Shown: positions 37,593-50,700 of the stretch, one piece after another
Layout of the letters: each line of letters begins with the position of its first letter
Numbering within the stretch: position 1 is the stretch's first letter
Source of the DNA: Azolla caroliniana
Lineage: Eukaryota > Plantae > Polypodiophyta
NCBI GenBank assembly: GCA_043228905.1
Contig: JBHGNT010000007.1
Location: 558,001 to 622,000, forward strand
Reading direction: 5' to 3'
DNA: 64,000 nt
Translations under genes and position numbers: made by a program
The notes under the pieces: generated by a model
Told to the model about the DNA's origin: nothing
Database searches by the model: none
What the model saw: the letters and a program-made list of their open reading frames with translations, nothing else

Positions 37593-40500
37593 TGTTAAGA
37601 ATTAGGTAAGTAATTAAGTATGGGTTAATTAGTACCTAATTATGTGATTAAGTTAAGCGAAAGATAATGTGATATGTGTGTGAGAGGAAGAGAGAGAGAG
37701 AGGAAGTTACACTTATGAACAACACAATATGGGGGATGATAAACTCTATATTAAATTAGCAACATCATCATCAAATACAAAAATACCTACAATGAGGTAT
37801 ATATACATCTCATGTGCAAGGGTGCACATGTGTGAGGATAATATAGGTACAAAAGTGTAAGTCCTATATTAAATGTACTTAGGAGTGGAGGATCTAGAAT
37901 ATCCCACTTAAGTACAAGGTCTTATTTAAGGCGTTATAGTCAAGACTTCTAACTAGATTCTATCTAGGTAACCACGAAGTTACATGGTTGACTAACTAAC
38001 TAAACTAAGTTGAGATTGATCTCTCAACACGCCCCCTCAAGCTCAAGTACGGGGCATCCGATGTCCTCTTTGGCTTTCAACGTTCGGATCTACGATTCGG
38101 TTGAATCGGCTTCGGCTTTGGATGGTCGGTATTGTTTCTTTCAGCATTGATGTTTTTGTCGCAGTTTCGGTTCCTCCCCCTCAAGCCTGTGGTGAAGGCA
38201 TCTGACATCCACTTTGGGTTTTGGCGTTGTCCGGCTTTCGATGTCAGCTTCTGTGCGGCTTCTGTCCGGTCTTCGGCTTTCTTTGCCGTAGCAATCTCGG
38301 GTCCTCCCCCTCAAGTCGGTGTCGAAGGCTTGTAGTGTGTGGGTGAAGGCTGACTACTTCCACCCATCGTGGGTTACGAGCCACTTCAGTGGAGCTCTTG
38401 GGCTCTTGTTTGGCCGCCACCTTCATCACAAAGGCGTAATGATGGGCCATATACTCGTTGTAGCCGACCCGAGTGACGGGATTCTTCTCTCTATAAGAGC
38501 ATCAAAGCTTTTCGCTCACCGATGTGAGCGCCTTCTTTACTCTGGGTGTACGCATGATGGGTACACCAAACTCTCTATCTAGTGCGGGAGACGATCGATC
38601 CGAACCATTGTTGTCGGGATGATCGACTTCGTATTCAGGCATCTTACCTTTGCCTTTGTCCAAGTTCGTACTTGGCCACGACGTGCTTGGGTCGCGTGGG
38701 GGCTCTTGTGGCCCACTAGGCTTTGCCGTAATCAGACTTTCTTCGAACATGTGTTTGAAGTTATCTCCATCTTCTACCTCTTGTTCGGCGGATTTTGCGT
38801 TGAGCGGAGTCAGAGTCGAAGTTGTCTCTGGTGCGTACCAGGATGCAGACTTGTCGAAGACTATGTCTCGACTTACCCAAAACTCTTGGGTAGATGGGTT
38901 GTAGCACTTGTATGCCTTCTTCTTGGACGAGTATCCTATGAGGATACATTCCTCCGACTTCGCGTCGGCCTTTTATCGTCTTTCGTTCGGGATGCGCACA
39001 TTCGCAATGCTTCCGAACACCTTGAGGTGCGACAGGATCAGCTTCCTTCCGAGGAGGAGCTCGTAGGGAGTTAGCTCATGGACTCCATTAGTGGTGCACC
39101 GGTTCATGAGATAGACGGCCGTGGATGCCGCTTCGGCCCAATAGAAGTTTGGCATGTGCTTCTCATGCATCATGGCGCGTGCTACCTTGAGTATTCGTTG
39201 ATTCTTCCTTTCGACGACTCCATTTTGTTGGGGGGTGTGTCCGCACAAGAATTCTCTTCGAATGCCTTCACTTTGGAGGTAGCAGGTGAATTCATCGGAG
39301 AAGTACTCCTTGCCTCCATCCGATCGTAGGCAGCGAATGTGCCGACCGGTTTCTTTTTCGACTTGCCCCTTGAGCTTTTGGAAGTGGGAGAACACTTCGC
39401 TCTTCTTCTTCATCGGGTAGATCCACGTGTAGCGCGAGTAGTAGTCGATGAAGGTTACGTAGTATCGGCATCCGTCGATCATTGGTGTTTGAGCTGGTTC
39501 CCATACATCCGAGTGTATGATGTCGAGGAGGCCTTGCTTGCGGAGCTCTCCTTCGGGAATGGGAATCAATGTTGTTTGCTGAGTTGACACGCTTCACATA
39601 CTCGATCGATTCGTTTCGACTCGAATGTCAGAAGTCCAATGAAGACTCCCTTTGTTTGCATAGCTTGAAGCCGTCGAAGGTTGATGTGGCCGATTCTCTT
39701 TGTGCCACAACTCAATGCTTGTCTCGGTTTTGAAACTTTTAGCATACATTGCCGATTTCACCTCATTCTAATCGAGGATGAACATTCGGCCATCTCTCCG
39801 CCCCTTCGCTATGAGTTGGCCATCTCTCCGCCCCTTCGCTATGAGTTGGCCATCTTTCTCGATGAAGCATCCTTCTTTTATTGAAATGGACTTGCATGCC
39901 TTGCTCCACGATTTGGCCGACCGAGACCAAATTCTTCGTTATCGTGGGCACGTGCAAAACATTCTTGATGCAATTGTTCTTACCACCATTGCCGGATGGA
40001 ACATTGCCGATGTGCCGAATGGGATGCGTGGTGTCGTCTCCCGTCTCTATGTAGCCGGGTCGATCCGGTGTACGCAAGTCATTGAACCACTCCTTGTGGG
40101 ATGTCATGTGATGTGAGGCGCCGGAATCGACGAACCACACGTCTTCCGAATTGGAGGTTCTTGTGGAGTTGGAGGCCATCATAGAGTTCGCTCTATTCCT
40201 CATTACGAATATTTCGTGGTCGGAATTTGCGGCATAATTTGTGAACATTCCGCTACGATTGTCGTAGTCGGAGTTTGATGCATAGTTTGTGAGTTGTCGA
40301 CTTGTTGAAGCCGACTTACTTCTCTTTTTCTGACACTCCGCCCCGTGGTGGCCAATTTTGCTGCAATAATTGCAAGTTGAGGGCCTCGTTTGCCGACCAT
40401 GTTCGGCGTGGAAGCTCCCCCTTCTTCCGAAGGTTTCTCGATGGCTTCCATGAAGGTTTGAGTTCCCTTCTTGTGATGGGTCGAATTCGAGAAGAACATT

Positions 40501-43500
40501 TGTCCTTCCAACGTCTTGTTTTTGGTTCGGACCTAGTTCTCTTCGACCAATAGCATTGATTGGAGGTTGAAGAATGAAGGAGGTTTTTCTCTCACCAAGA
40601 TTGCCATCCATAATGGATCGAATCGTTGTGCGAGGCCGCCCAAGCATACTTGAACCACTCGTCTTCGTCGACGTTTATGTTGATGGAGCAAAGTGAGTCG
40701 CAAATGCTCTTGATTTTGGTAGCGTAGTCCGACACGGACATGTCTTTTTGTCGAATATTATTCAACTCTTGTCGGAATTGAAGCTTTCGTGCAGTTGTGT
40801 TGGCAACGAACATTTTCTTTAAGTTCGCCCACGCTTCTTTAGGCGTCTTGGTGTCTCAAATATGGTTGAGCATGTCGTCGTGGACACATGTTGCCAAGAA
40901 ATACATGACTCGACTAGCCGCTTGCTCCCATGTTGCGTAGTCGGCGTTCTTTGAGTCGGGTCGATTTTCTTGAGCGTCGTTGATGTAGCTCCAATACCCT
41001 TGGCTAACGAGGTATTGGGTCATCTTATACTCCCAAGATGAATAATTGCTCCGGTCTAGCTTTTCACTAGGGAGAGAGCTACCCATTTGTGTGTTCATGT
41101 TGATTGTAGTGTCTTATCTTCTTTTTCTTTTCTTCCTTCGATCATGTACACATGTTATGTAGCAGCACTACGGTAGCCGATAGCCGGATTTTGTCGTCGG
41201 CGTCTCGAACACACAATCACGAAGTCGGGTGGGCTTAGTGGATTTTCGAAACCACACGCTCTGATACCATGTTAAGAATTAGGTAAGTAATTAAGTATGG
41301 GTTAATTAGTACCTAATTATGTGATTAAGTTAAGCGGAAGATTATGTGATATGTGTGTGTATGTGTTGTGGAGAATTTGTCCTCCTATTCACAGTAAGAA
41401 GCATATGGTGAACCGTTGTAGGTCCAATACATGGACATACACCTTTCACTCTCATATTGGAATTTTATACACAAAAATTACACAAAACGAGCTTTCCAAA
41501 GAGTTTTTAAACATAAGAAATGGCTATATATTCATTAAGATATGAATCTTACAAAATAGCTGATACAAAAGAGACCGTGAGAGAGAGACTAACAATGTAT
41601 ATCAAAGACAATCTATAGAACTTCTCACTTACATATGACACTTAAGGTATTCCTCTTGCTCTCCTTTTTTCTATATGTATAGAACTCATTTTATACCTAT
41701 TTATACCTTATGTTTATGCTAGCTACTTACAACTTGACCCACCTATTAGACGCCACTTTTGTAGCCACTGATTTTGTGTCTAATTCTCACCTACCACATA
41801 TATTTACCCATTATATGCTATTCATTATAGTCTTTAGATAAATATTCACCATACAAGTTTATAAACATAAACAATCATAGCTCATGTCAATTTGAGCTTG
41901 TACATTTATCTTCAATACTCCCCCTCAAGCTCATTTGGGAGTTATCTTGAGCCATGTCTTGCAAATTTATCACATCTTTGAAACCTTTTAGTTTAGAAGC
42001 ATCCAGGAACTTTGTGAACATGTCTGCAACTTGATCTTTGGTTTTGATGAACTTTATCTCCACATCTTTCCTCAACACCTTCTCTCGTCAATAATGGTAA
42101 TGAACTTCAATATGCTTACTCCACGCATGGAAAGTGGGATTGCTTGCCAAGTAAATACTTATGATGTTGTCACCGTATATTGGAATGATTCCCACATGCA
42201 CTTCAAGATCAGCCAAAAGCTTTGTAAGCCACATTGCTTCACATGTAGCAAATGTTAATCCTCTATACTCAGCCTCCATGGATGAAAGTGCAACAGTAGC
42301 TTGTTTCGTCAAGCTCCATGTGATAGGATTGCTTCCAATCATAAACACATAACCTGAGGTTGATCTCCTATCTTCCTTTGAACTTGCCCAATCCGCATCA
42401 CTAAAGCCTTTGACCTGCAATTCTTCATCACACTTATAAAACAAAGCATGATTAATTGTATGCTTTATATATCTTAACACTCTCTTAGTTGCATTTAAAT
42501 GTTCATTTGTTGGAGTTTGCATAAACTAAGAAAGTACACCAACAACATAACATAGATCGGGTCTTGTAATGCTTGCATAGATTAATGATCCTATAATACT
42601 TTTGTATGTTGTTGCATCTTCTAGCATTTCTCCATCACTTGAGCATAGTTTTGTATTTGTATCAATGGGTTGAGTGAGTGGTTTGCATTCACTCATTCCA
42701 AATTTGAAAAGAACATCCAACAAGTACTTCCTTTGCATCAAGTAGATGCTACTTTTCCCATAAACAACTTCTATTCCTAAAAACTATTTCAGCTCTCCCA
42801 GATCTGAAATTTTAAATTCTTTCCCAAGCTTTCCTTTTATATCCTTAATCCATGTATCACCATTCCTTATTATGATGAAATCATCAACATATATACAGAT
42901 ATATACCTCCTTTTTTCCTTTTTTCTTCATATACAATGAGGGATCAGTAATGCTTGGGTTGTATCCACATTTCATTAGATACTCTACCAATCTTTGGTTC
43001 CACGCTCGTGGTGCTTGTTTCAAGCCATAAAGTGCTTTTTTCAATCTACAAACAAAATCTAGATAGTTTTCGTCTTCAGTTGACTCATGTATACCTCTTC
43101 TTGTAGTTCTTCATTTAGAAAGGCATTCTTGATGTCGAGTTGATATAATGGCCACCTCTTAGAAGCACTGATTTCTATCAAGGTTCTAATTGTCCCCATC
43201 TTTGCAACTGGGCTAAAAATTTCATCATAATCTATGCCTTGTGTTTGTTTAAACCCTTTTGCAAGCAACCTAACTTTGTGTCTAGCTAATGAACCGTCAA
43301 CATTTCTCTTCACTTTGAACACCCATTTTGTTTGGAATGATTTTCGTACCTTCTTTCTTTGTCACTAGATCCCATGTGTGATTATCGTTGAGAGCTTTGA
43401 TTTCTTCTTTCATAGCTTGCTTCCATTCCATTTGTGTACAAGCTTCTTCATATGTCTCGGGCTCTTTGTCTTTGACAACCTGCATCATATATGCAAAATG

Positions 43501-46500
43501 TTTTGCCATGAAACTATCATAAGTCAACCTTTGAATTGGATACCTTATCCTTGATGATCTTCTTTCATTGCCTTTAGAATGTTGTTTCTTCAAGTTATTC
43601 GGGTTTAGCTTAGAAGTGGTCATCTCTTCATTTTCAACTTCACTTGCGTCTATCTCACTATTTCCAACAACACTTGTTTCGTCAGCTATATGATGACTTT
43701 CATGTCTTTCCTTCCATGATGAACGATCTTCTTTTGATGTAGATGCCTCTGGATATGAAATTTCTATGCTTGATTGTTGAACTTCACTTTGATTAGTTCC
43801 TACATAATCATCATAATCCTCTTCGAGAACTTTTCCCTTTCCTTTATCTTCATACCATGGTTTTAGTTCATCAAAGACCACATCTCGTGAGACCCTTACT
43901 TCCTTTGTTATAGGATTATAACACTTATATCCTTTTTGCTCCATCGAATAGCCAATGAAAATGCATTTTTCTGACCTTGGTTCCATCTTTGTTCTTACTT
44001 CTTGAGGAATGTGAACAAAACAAACACATCCAAAAACTTTTAGGCGTGTAAGATTAGGTTTTCTACCAGAATATACCTCCTCTAGTGTCAAGTTATGTAT
44101 TCCTGATGTTTTGCATCTATTCATCAAGTAAACGGCAGTTGTGGTAGCTTCAGCCCAATAGTGTAATGGTACCTTCATCTCATTCAAGATGCATCTTGCG
44201 ACTTCTGCGATTTGCCTATTTTTCTTCTCAGCTACGCCGTTTTGTTGAGGCGTATATTGACAAGTAAATTGCCTTTTAATCCCATTCTCTTGTAAGAAAT
44301 CTGAAAACTCATTGGAGAAGTACTCCCCTCCACCATCGGATCTTAAGATTTTGGTATGCCTTCCTATTTCTTTTTCAACTTCATCTTTTAATCTCTTGAA
44401 TATAGAAAACACATCCGATTTTTGCTTCATACAAAACAACCATACCTTTCTTGAATGATCATCAATGAAAGTGACGAAAAATCTATTACCAGCCATTGAT
44501 GACTCTCGGGTAGGTCCCCATACATCCGTATGTATTAAATCCAAGACATTTGGGGCCACATAATTGCTCCTCTTGAATGGTTGCCTTGTTTGTTTACCTA
44601 ATTGACAAGCTTCACACAATTCATGTAATCCAATACTATTAAATTTTGGAAGACCTCTTACCACTTCATGTTTGCTCATGTCCTTTAGCTTCGGAATGTT
44701 AATGTGTCCTATCCTTTTGTGCCATAAATCTAGCTCCGAGATTTTCTTGTCCCCAAATTGAATATACATGACATTTCCATAAGGATTTTGAATGTCCAAG
44801 GTGAACATTCTTCCTTCTCGTTTACCTTGAGCAATGACCTTGAAACCTTCTTTAGGATTCTTTATAAAGCACCCATTTTCATTAAATGTGACATGATAAC
44901 TGTTCTCTACCATTTGTCCTACTGAAATCAAGTTCTTTGAAATTGTAGGAACATGAAGAACATTTGATAGTACCTTTGATTTACTTGTGTCTCCAAGCCT
45001 TACATCTCCAATGTGTTAAATCATGTGTTGAGTATCATCACCTGTCTCAACACATCCTTTCCCATTTGGTATCTGTAAATTAGTGAACATACTTTCTTGG
45101 CATGACATATGATTACTACAACCCGAATCAATATACCATTTTCCATCATCTTCATAAGAGCTTCTAAACTCATGACTCATTGCAAGTAATGTATCCTTAA
45201 TACCTTCACTTGAGGTGCTTGCATAATTTCTTTGAGTTCTTTGATTTCCTCCATTTTGCCTTCCATTTTTCAGCCAACAATCACAGTGACTAGCATAATG
45301 TCCTACTTTACCACAATTATAACATGTTATACCTTTGTGGGAGTTGTAGAAACCTCGACCTCTTCCTCTAAATTTTCCTCGGCCTCTTCCTTGTGTGTTG
45401 TCATTTGATCCATCCTTGGTTTCCTCCAAATTAATTTGATTGTACTTGAAGTTGTTGTGACCTCTTGCGTTTCCTCTTGAGCCTCCTCTTGAAATCCTTC
45501 CTTTACCTTGACCTGCATACAACACTTGGTTGTAGCTATCCTTTCCTTTGAAAGCACCAAAGCTAAGCTCTTCTATGACAAGATGAGGGATTAGTTGATC
45601 AAACTTTGGATATTCATCTTTCAAATTCATGAAAGTTATAAAATGCTTCCATATTTCATCTTCTCTCAATCCATTGAGAGTACAACACACAATATCTTCA
45701 TCTTCAACTATTGTACCAATAGAAGCAAAAGCATTTCGTAACTCCTTGATCTTCAATGTATATTCATCTATAGATTGACTTTAACATTTCTTAATTGTGT
45801 TCAACTCATTTTTTAATTGACGTTTCCTAGCTTTTGTATTTGTTGAATACATCCTTTCAAGAGTTTCCCATGCATCCTTAGCAATTTTTAGATGTTGAAT
45901 ATGCCCTACTATGGAATTACTAATTACTTGTGAAATGAGGAACATGACTTTCCTATTCCTCTCTTCCCATTCTTTTCCTTGTCTCCTTTGGGCTTCAGTG
46001 GTTGTAGCTTGATCGATTTTAGGTTGAGCATCCTCTCCGCTCACCGTACCCCACAAGCCTTTTCCCATTAGGTAATTGGTCATTCTAAACTTCCATATAG
46101 GGTAGTTATCTTTATCCAATTTCTCTACTTGTTGACCCAACTCAGCCATTCAAAATATATCAAAAATAATGAGTGTTACCTCTAATAATTGTGTCATTCT
46201 CTACTCTTGTTTCGTGAATCTCCCCCTTTCTCTTTAGTTCTTCTTGCTTTTCTTCAACTCGAGGATTGTTGAAGAATCTTTTTCACCAGCCAAGCTCTGA
46301 TACCAACTATGGAGAATTTGTCCTCCTATTCTCAGTAAGAAGTGTATAGTGAACCATTGTAGGTCCAGTACATGGACAGACACCTTTCACTCTCAAATTG
46401 ATAACTCCAATAATATGATGAATCTGAGGCTGCAATTTTATACACAGAACGAGCTTTCCAAAGAATGTTTAAACATAAGAAATGGCTATATATTCATTAA

Positions 46501-46941
46501 GATATGAATCTTACAAAATAGCTGATACAAAAGAGATCGTGAGAGAGAGACTAACAATGTATATCAAAGACAATCTATAGAACTTCTCACTTACATATGA
46601 CACTTAAGGTATTCCTCTTGCTCTCCTTTTTTCTATATGTATAGAACTCATTTTATATCTATTTATACCTTATGTTTATGCTAGCTACTTACAACTTGAC
46701 TCACCTATTAGACGCCACTTTTGTAGCCACTGATTTTGTGTCTAATTCTCACCTACCACATATATTTACCCATTATATGCTATTCACTATAGTCTTTAGA
46801 TAAATATTCACCATACAAGTTTATAAACATAAACAATCATAGCTCATGTCAATTTGAACTTCTAACTAGATTCTATCTAGGTAACTACAAGTTACATGGT
46901 TGACTAACTAACTAAACTAAGTTGAGCTTGATCTCTCAACA
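37593..46941 (-). mobile_element. Copia element 'C' nested in A; perfect TSD ccgct; lacks RT/RH
   Basis: 3' LTR 37593-38029. The 5' LTR starts at 41270 and is split by element D. PBS tggtatcagagc at 41258-41269. Gag, CCHC, VDSGAS protease and integrase are present, and the sequence jumps to the PPT region without RT. Confidence 0.92.
41367..46858 (-). mobile_element. Near full-length Copia element 'D' inserted in the 5' LTR of C
   Basis: Highly similar LTRs at 41367-41917 and 46308-~46858. PBS tggtatcagagct at 46293-46305. Gag-pol runs 46149 to ~41930 with CYNCGKVGH, YIDSGCS, INT, YVDD and FSDADWA. Few stops. Confidence 0.93.
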
Positions 46942-47496
46942 CCGCTTTTCGTCAGGGATGTGCACGTATGCAATGGAGCCAAATATCCTTACATGGGATA
47001 GATTTGGCTTCATTCCATAGTATTTCTCGTGGGGGCTAAGTGTATGCACTCCGGATGTTGTGCACCGGTTCATGAGGTAGACGACAATATTTGCTTCTTC
47101 GGCCCAATAGGACTTCGGCATGTGCTTCTTGTTAAGCATGGTCCATGCTACTTCGAGAATGTGCCGATTTTTGTGTTTGGTGGTGTATTCGACGGGGAAA
47201 ATTCTCACCTGATTCCTTCTTGTCGAAGGTATACCATGAATGCATCAAAGAAGTATTCCTTGGCTCCATCTGATTGAAGACATCATACATGACTCCACTC
47301 TTGAATTTTTTGACTTCACTCTTGAATTTTTGGAAGTGTCCGAACACTTCGCTCTTTTGCCACATGTGGTAGATCCAGGTGTGCCTGGAGAAGTCATCAA
47401 TAAAGATGACATTGTATCGGCATCCTCCGAATGTTGTTGTCTGAGCTGGTCCCCATACATCGGAGTAAATTACATCGAGTAGACCTTTGTTCACGT

Positions 47497-47693
47497 TGTC
47501 GCGTTGTTACGCGCGTGCGTGGAGAACGAGGCGGGACCACCGGGGTCTTGGACCGAGAAATAGCTGAGAAGGAGGAGAACGGAAAGGCAACGGACGCACT
47601 TGCACACGCACAGACACAGGAGCACACAGGACTCACAGTCCAACAACACAGCAAAACGAGACGACTAGAAGTCCGAGTATGTGAACACGTATG

Positions 47694-47740
<47 letters not shown>

Positions 47741-50700
47741 AGACGGTTACAACTAATAGGCCGGCAAGGCGAGCACCGCCGCATGTTCACTCACACACAG
47801 AAGAGCGAGATGGAGACTCTACCGGAAGCACACGGGCGTTCCACGGAGCAGAGTCAGCCTCTCGAAAACCTGCGCAAAAATGGCTATGGAGAGTGGCAGA
47901 GGTGAAGGGCTCGGTCCCAGTCCGACAGCACTTCGTCCCCTCTAACGCGCGATACCTTTTCAATTCCTCTCCCTCTCTTTTATAGCCGAAGGAGGGAGGC
48001 CGTTATCATCCATTACATCACATTAATTCTCTGTCCTTTTGGACAGAGATACACCTCGATTCTCTCCCTATTGAATGCATGCTACCTAGGATTTCACCTC
48101 AGCCGACTTGTACCTACCTACTTACCATACAACGAAAAGCGTGCTCGCGTGTAAGGGCCAGTTTACACACGCTAAACTCGGTTTCCGCCTAGGGACGGTT
48201 TTCTTCATGACATCCGCCCCCACCTAACCGCGCATCCACCGGTATGCGCCAAAATTGGGCTCTTGCTGGAGAAAACCGGTCCATGCTTTACTCCTCGTCT
48301 TCCGGATCGTCATCCGCCTCGGACCGCCCGTCGTCGTCGTCCATGCTTTCCAGATCCGGCTCACACTCGTGTCGTTTCTTAAATGCTTTCACCCTCTTCC
48401 CCGCTACTGGTATTGCCATCCTCGTACCGTCGAGCTCCGCAAGATGGTAGGTCCCGTTGTCGTTGGCGCCTATCACCACGGAAGGCCCGAACCACCTCCT
48501 TGCAAACTTCCGCGTTGCCCTGTGCTGGTTGTCAAGGCTGTTGTCATACACTAGGACCCAATCGCCTTCCTCGATTTTCTCCGGTCGCAGTCGGTGAGTC
48601 CGGTCAAACCGCAGTCGGTGAGTCCGGTTCAACCTTGCCAACCAAAGCTTCTCCGCGGCTCGTTCCACGTCCTCCGGCCTTCGCTCGAGCTGTCGAATCC
48701 GTGCCGCTAGCAGCTCCTCCCAGCTCATCTCATCTCTCCAGTCCACCGTGGCCCATGAGGAGATGGTTAACTCTGTTGGCATGATCGGCCTCTGTCCGTA
48801 CATAAGCTCTGCCAGCATGAACCCGGTTACCGAACTGTGCGTAGTTCGGTCCGCCTACAAGGCATAAGGTAACAGTCGCGGCCAGTTCCCGACTTGGCCT
48901 TCACACGCCCATACTAGCGCTTTGACAATCGGCCCGTGTTCGCGTTCCACCTTCCCGTTAGCCTCTGGATTGTACGTTGTGGTGAGCGAGAGTTTGACCC
49001 CTAGTCGGTCAAACAGCTCTTCAGCCTCTTGCGGGTCCAACTCTCCGCGGTCAGCCACGATCTTTCCTACGCTCCCGTACCAACATATCACGTCCTCGAT
49101 CAGAAACCGGCACACAGCCGTGGTCGTTTTGTTCTGCAGCACTCGGCCTTCAACCTGGTTCGTCAGATCCTCCCGAGCCAGCACCAGATACCGCATCTGT
49201 CCTACCCCCATCGGCATCGTCACCAAATCCACCATCCATTTGAAGTGGACGGTCGGAGGGTAGGTCAGGTGAAGCTCGTCCCGGTGTCGGACTATGGAGT
49301 GCATCTGACAGCTTTCACAAGTCGTCATGAACCGATGCACGTCCCGGTACAGTCCCGGCCACCAGTACTTCCCCTTTAGCTTCTCAAACGTGGCCCACGT
49401 TCCGCGGTGTCCGGCCCAGGGACTCTCGTGGTAGGCCTCCAGCAACTCCTCCTGTTCCTCCTTCTTCGCCACCACTCGGAGCGGGATGTCGTCCCTCTTC
49501 TTCGGGTGCTTCCATATATACCCGTCCCGAAGGAAGAATCGGTACGCTTTCTTCCGGATCCGGTTGGCCTCTTCCTTTGTCCATGCCGAGTCCGGTGTCA
49601 TTGTTTTCAGGAGCCTGCCGATCTGGAGCCACTCCCCGTCATACTTGCTCTCGTCGAATTTGTTAAGCGCCGGAGTGCTCCCCTTTCTGGTTGTCACATA
49701 TGCCGCCTTGAAGAAATCTACGGCGACTTCCTCGTCCTCCGAAACCATGTCGTCCTCGTTTTCGAACCTCGCCCTTGAGAGCATGTCGGCCATGGCATTG
49801 TCTTTTCCGGAAATGTGTCGTATCTCCGGATTCAGGGACTTGATGTACGCTATCCACCTGAGCATTGCCAGGTCCGGCGTCACGCATCCGGAAACCATGC
49901 CGAGAATCGACAGGCAGTCCGTCTCGATTATTACCTCTGTCCCGATCAAATAATCTTTATCGACCTTCACCGCCGAAACGATACCCCAGTGTTCGCGTTT
50001 AAACTGGGCGTATCCTCGTTGTCGCTCACTGAGGACCTTCACGCCGAGCCGGATGGGGAACCTCGTGCCAACATCATCCTCTTGGTTGATCACCCATCCA
50101 ATCCCGGTCGGACTCGTGTCTACGGTTACGTAAATCGGAGTGTCTTTGCCGTAGACAGCCTTTCGGAGCGCCGGTGCCGTGTCAAGTGCTTCCTTCATCT
50201 TTCGGACTGACTCCGTATGCTCGTCTCCCCACTCGAATTTACGCCCTTTCTTCAGCAACCCATACAGCGGCTCCGCGACGTGGGCGTAATGAGGGATCCA
50301 GATATGGTAGAACGCGCATGCTCCCAAGAATCTACGAACCTCCGTAACCGAATTGCAGTCATGCTTCATCGCGGAGATGGCTTCCACCTTGGCCGACGAC
50401 GGTTTCCGACCGTATGGTCCGCATAGGTGCCCGACGACCATGATCTCTGATTGCCTGAAGGCCGATTTTTCCCCGGAGAAGGTGAGCCTCGCGCCTTTAG
50501 TCTCTGCATCACCTTCTTGCAGTCATCGATGTGAGTCGCCACGAAATTCCGACATCCGTCCGATCTGATTGTCTCGTCCTTTTCCTCCACCGGGCATCCC
50601 CTGATCGAGATGTCGTCTAAGAATGGCATGGTGATGTCCGGGAGACAATCCCTGAGCACTTTGTTCATCGCGTTCACCATGTGAGCCACCGAGTTCGTCC

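Larger units (their letters stand above)
26230..47496 (-). mobile_element. Outer Copia element 'A' (pieces 26230-27783, 36527-37592, 46947-47496); 5' part deleted
   Basis: The 3' LTR edge ctcaaca plus PPT lies at about 26683-26704. RH (CEAVWL, HTKHIE.HYHF), RT and INT motifs continue in register across the inserted elements. Confidence 0.85.
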
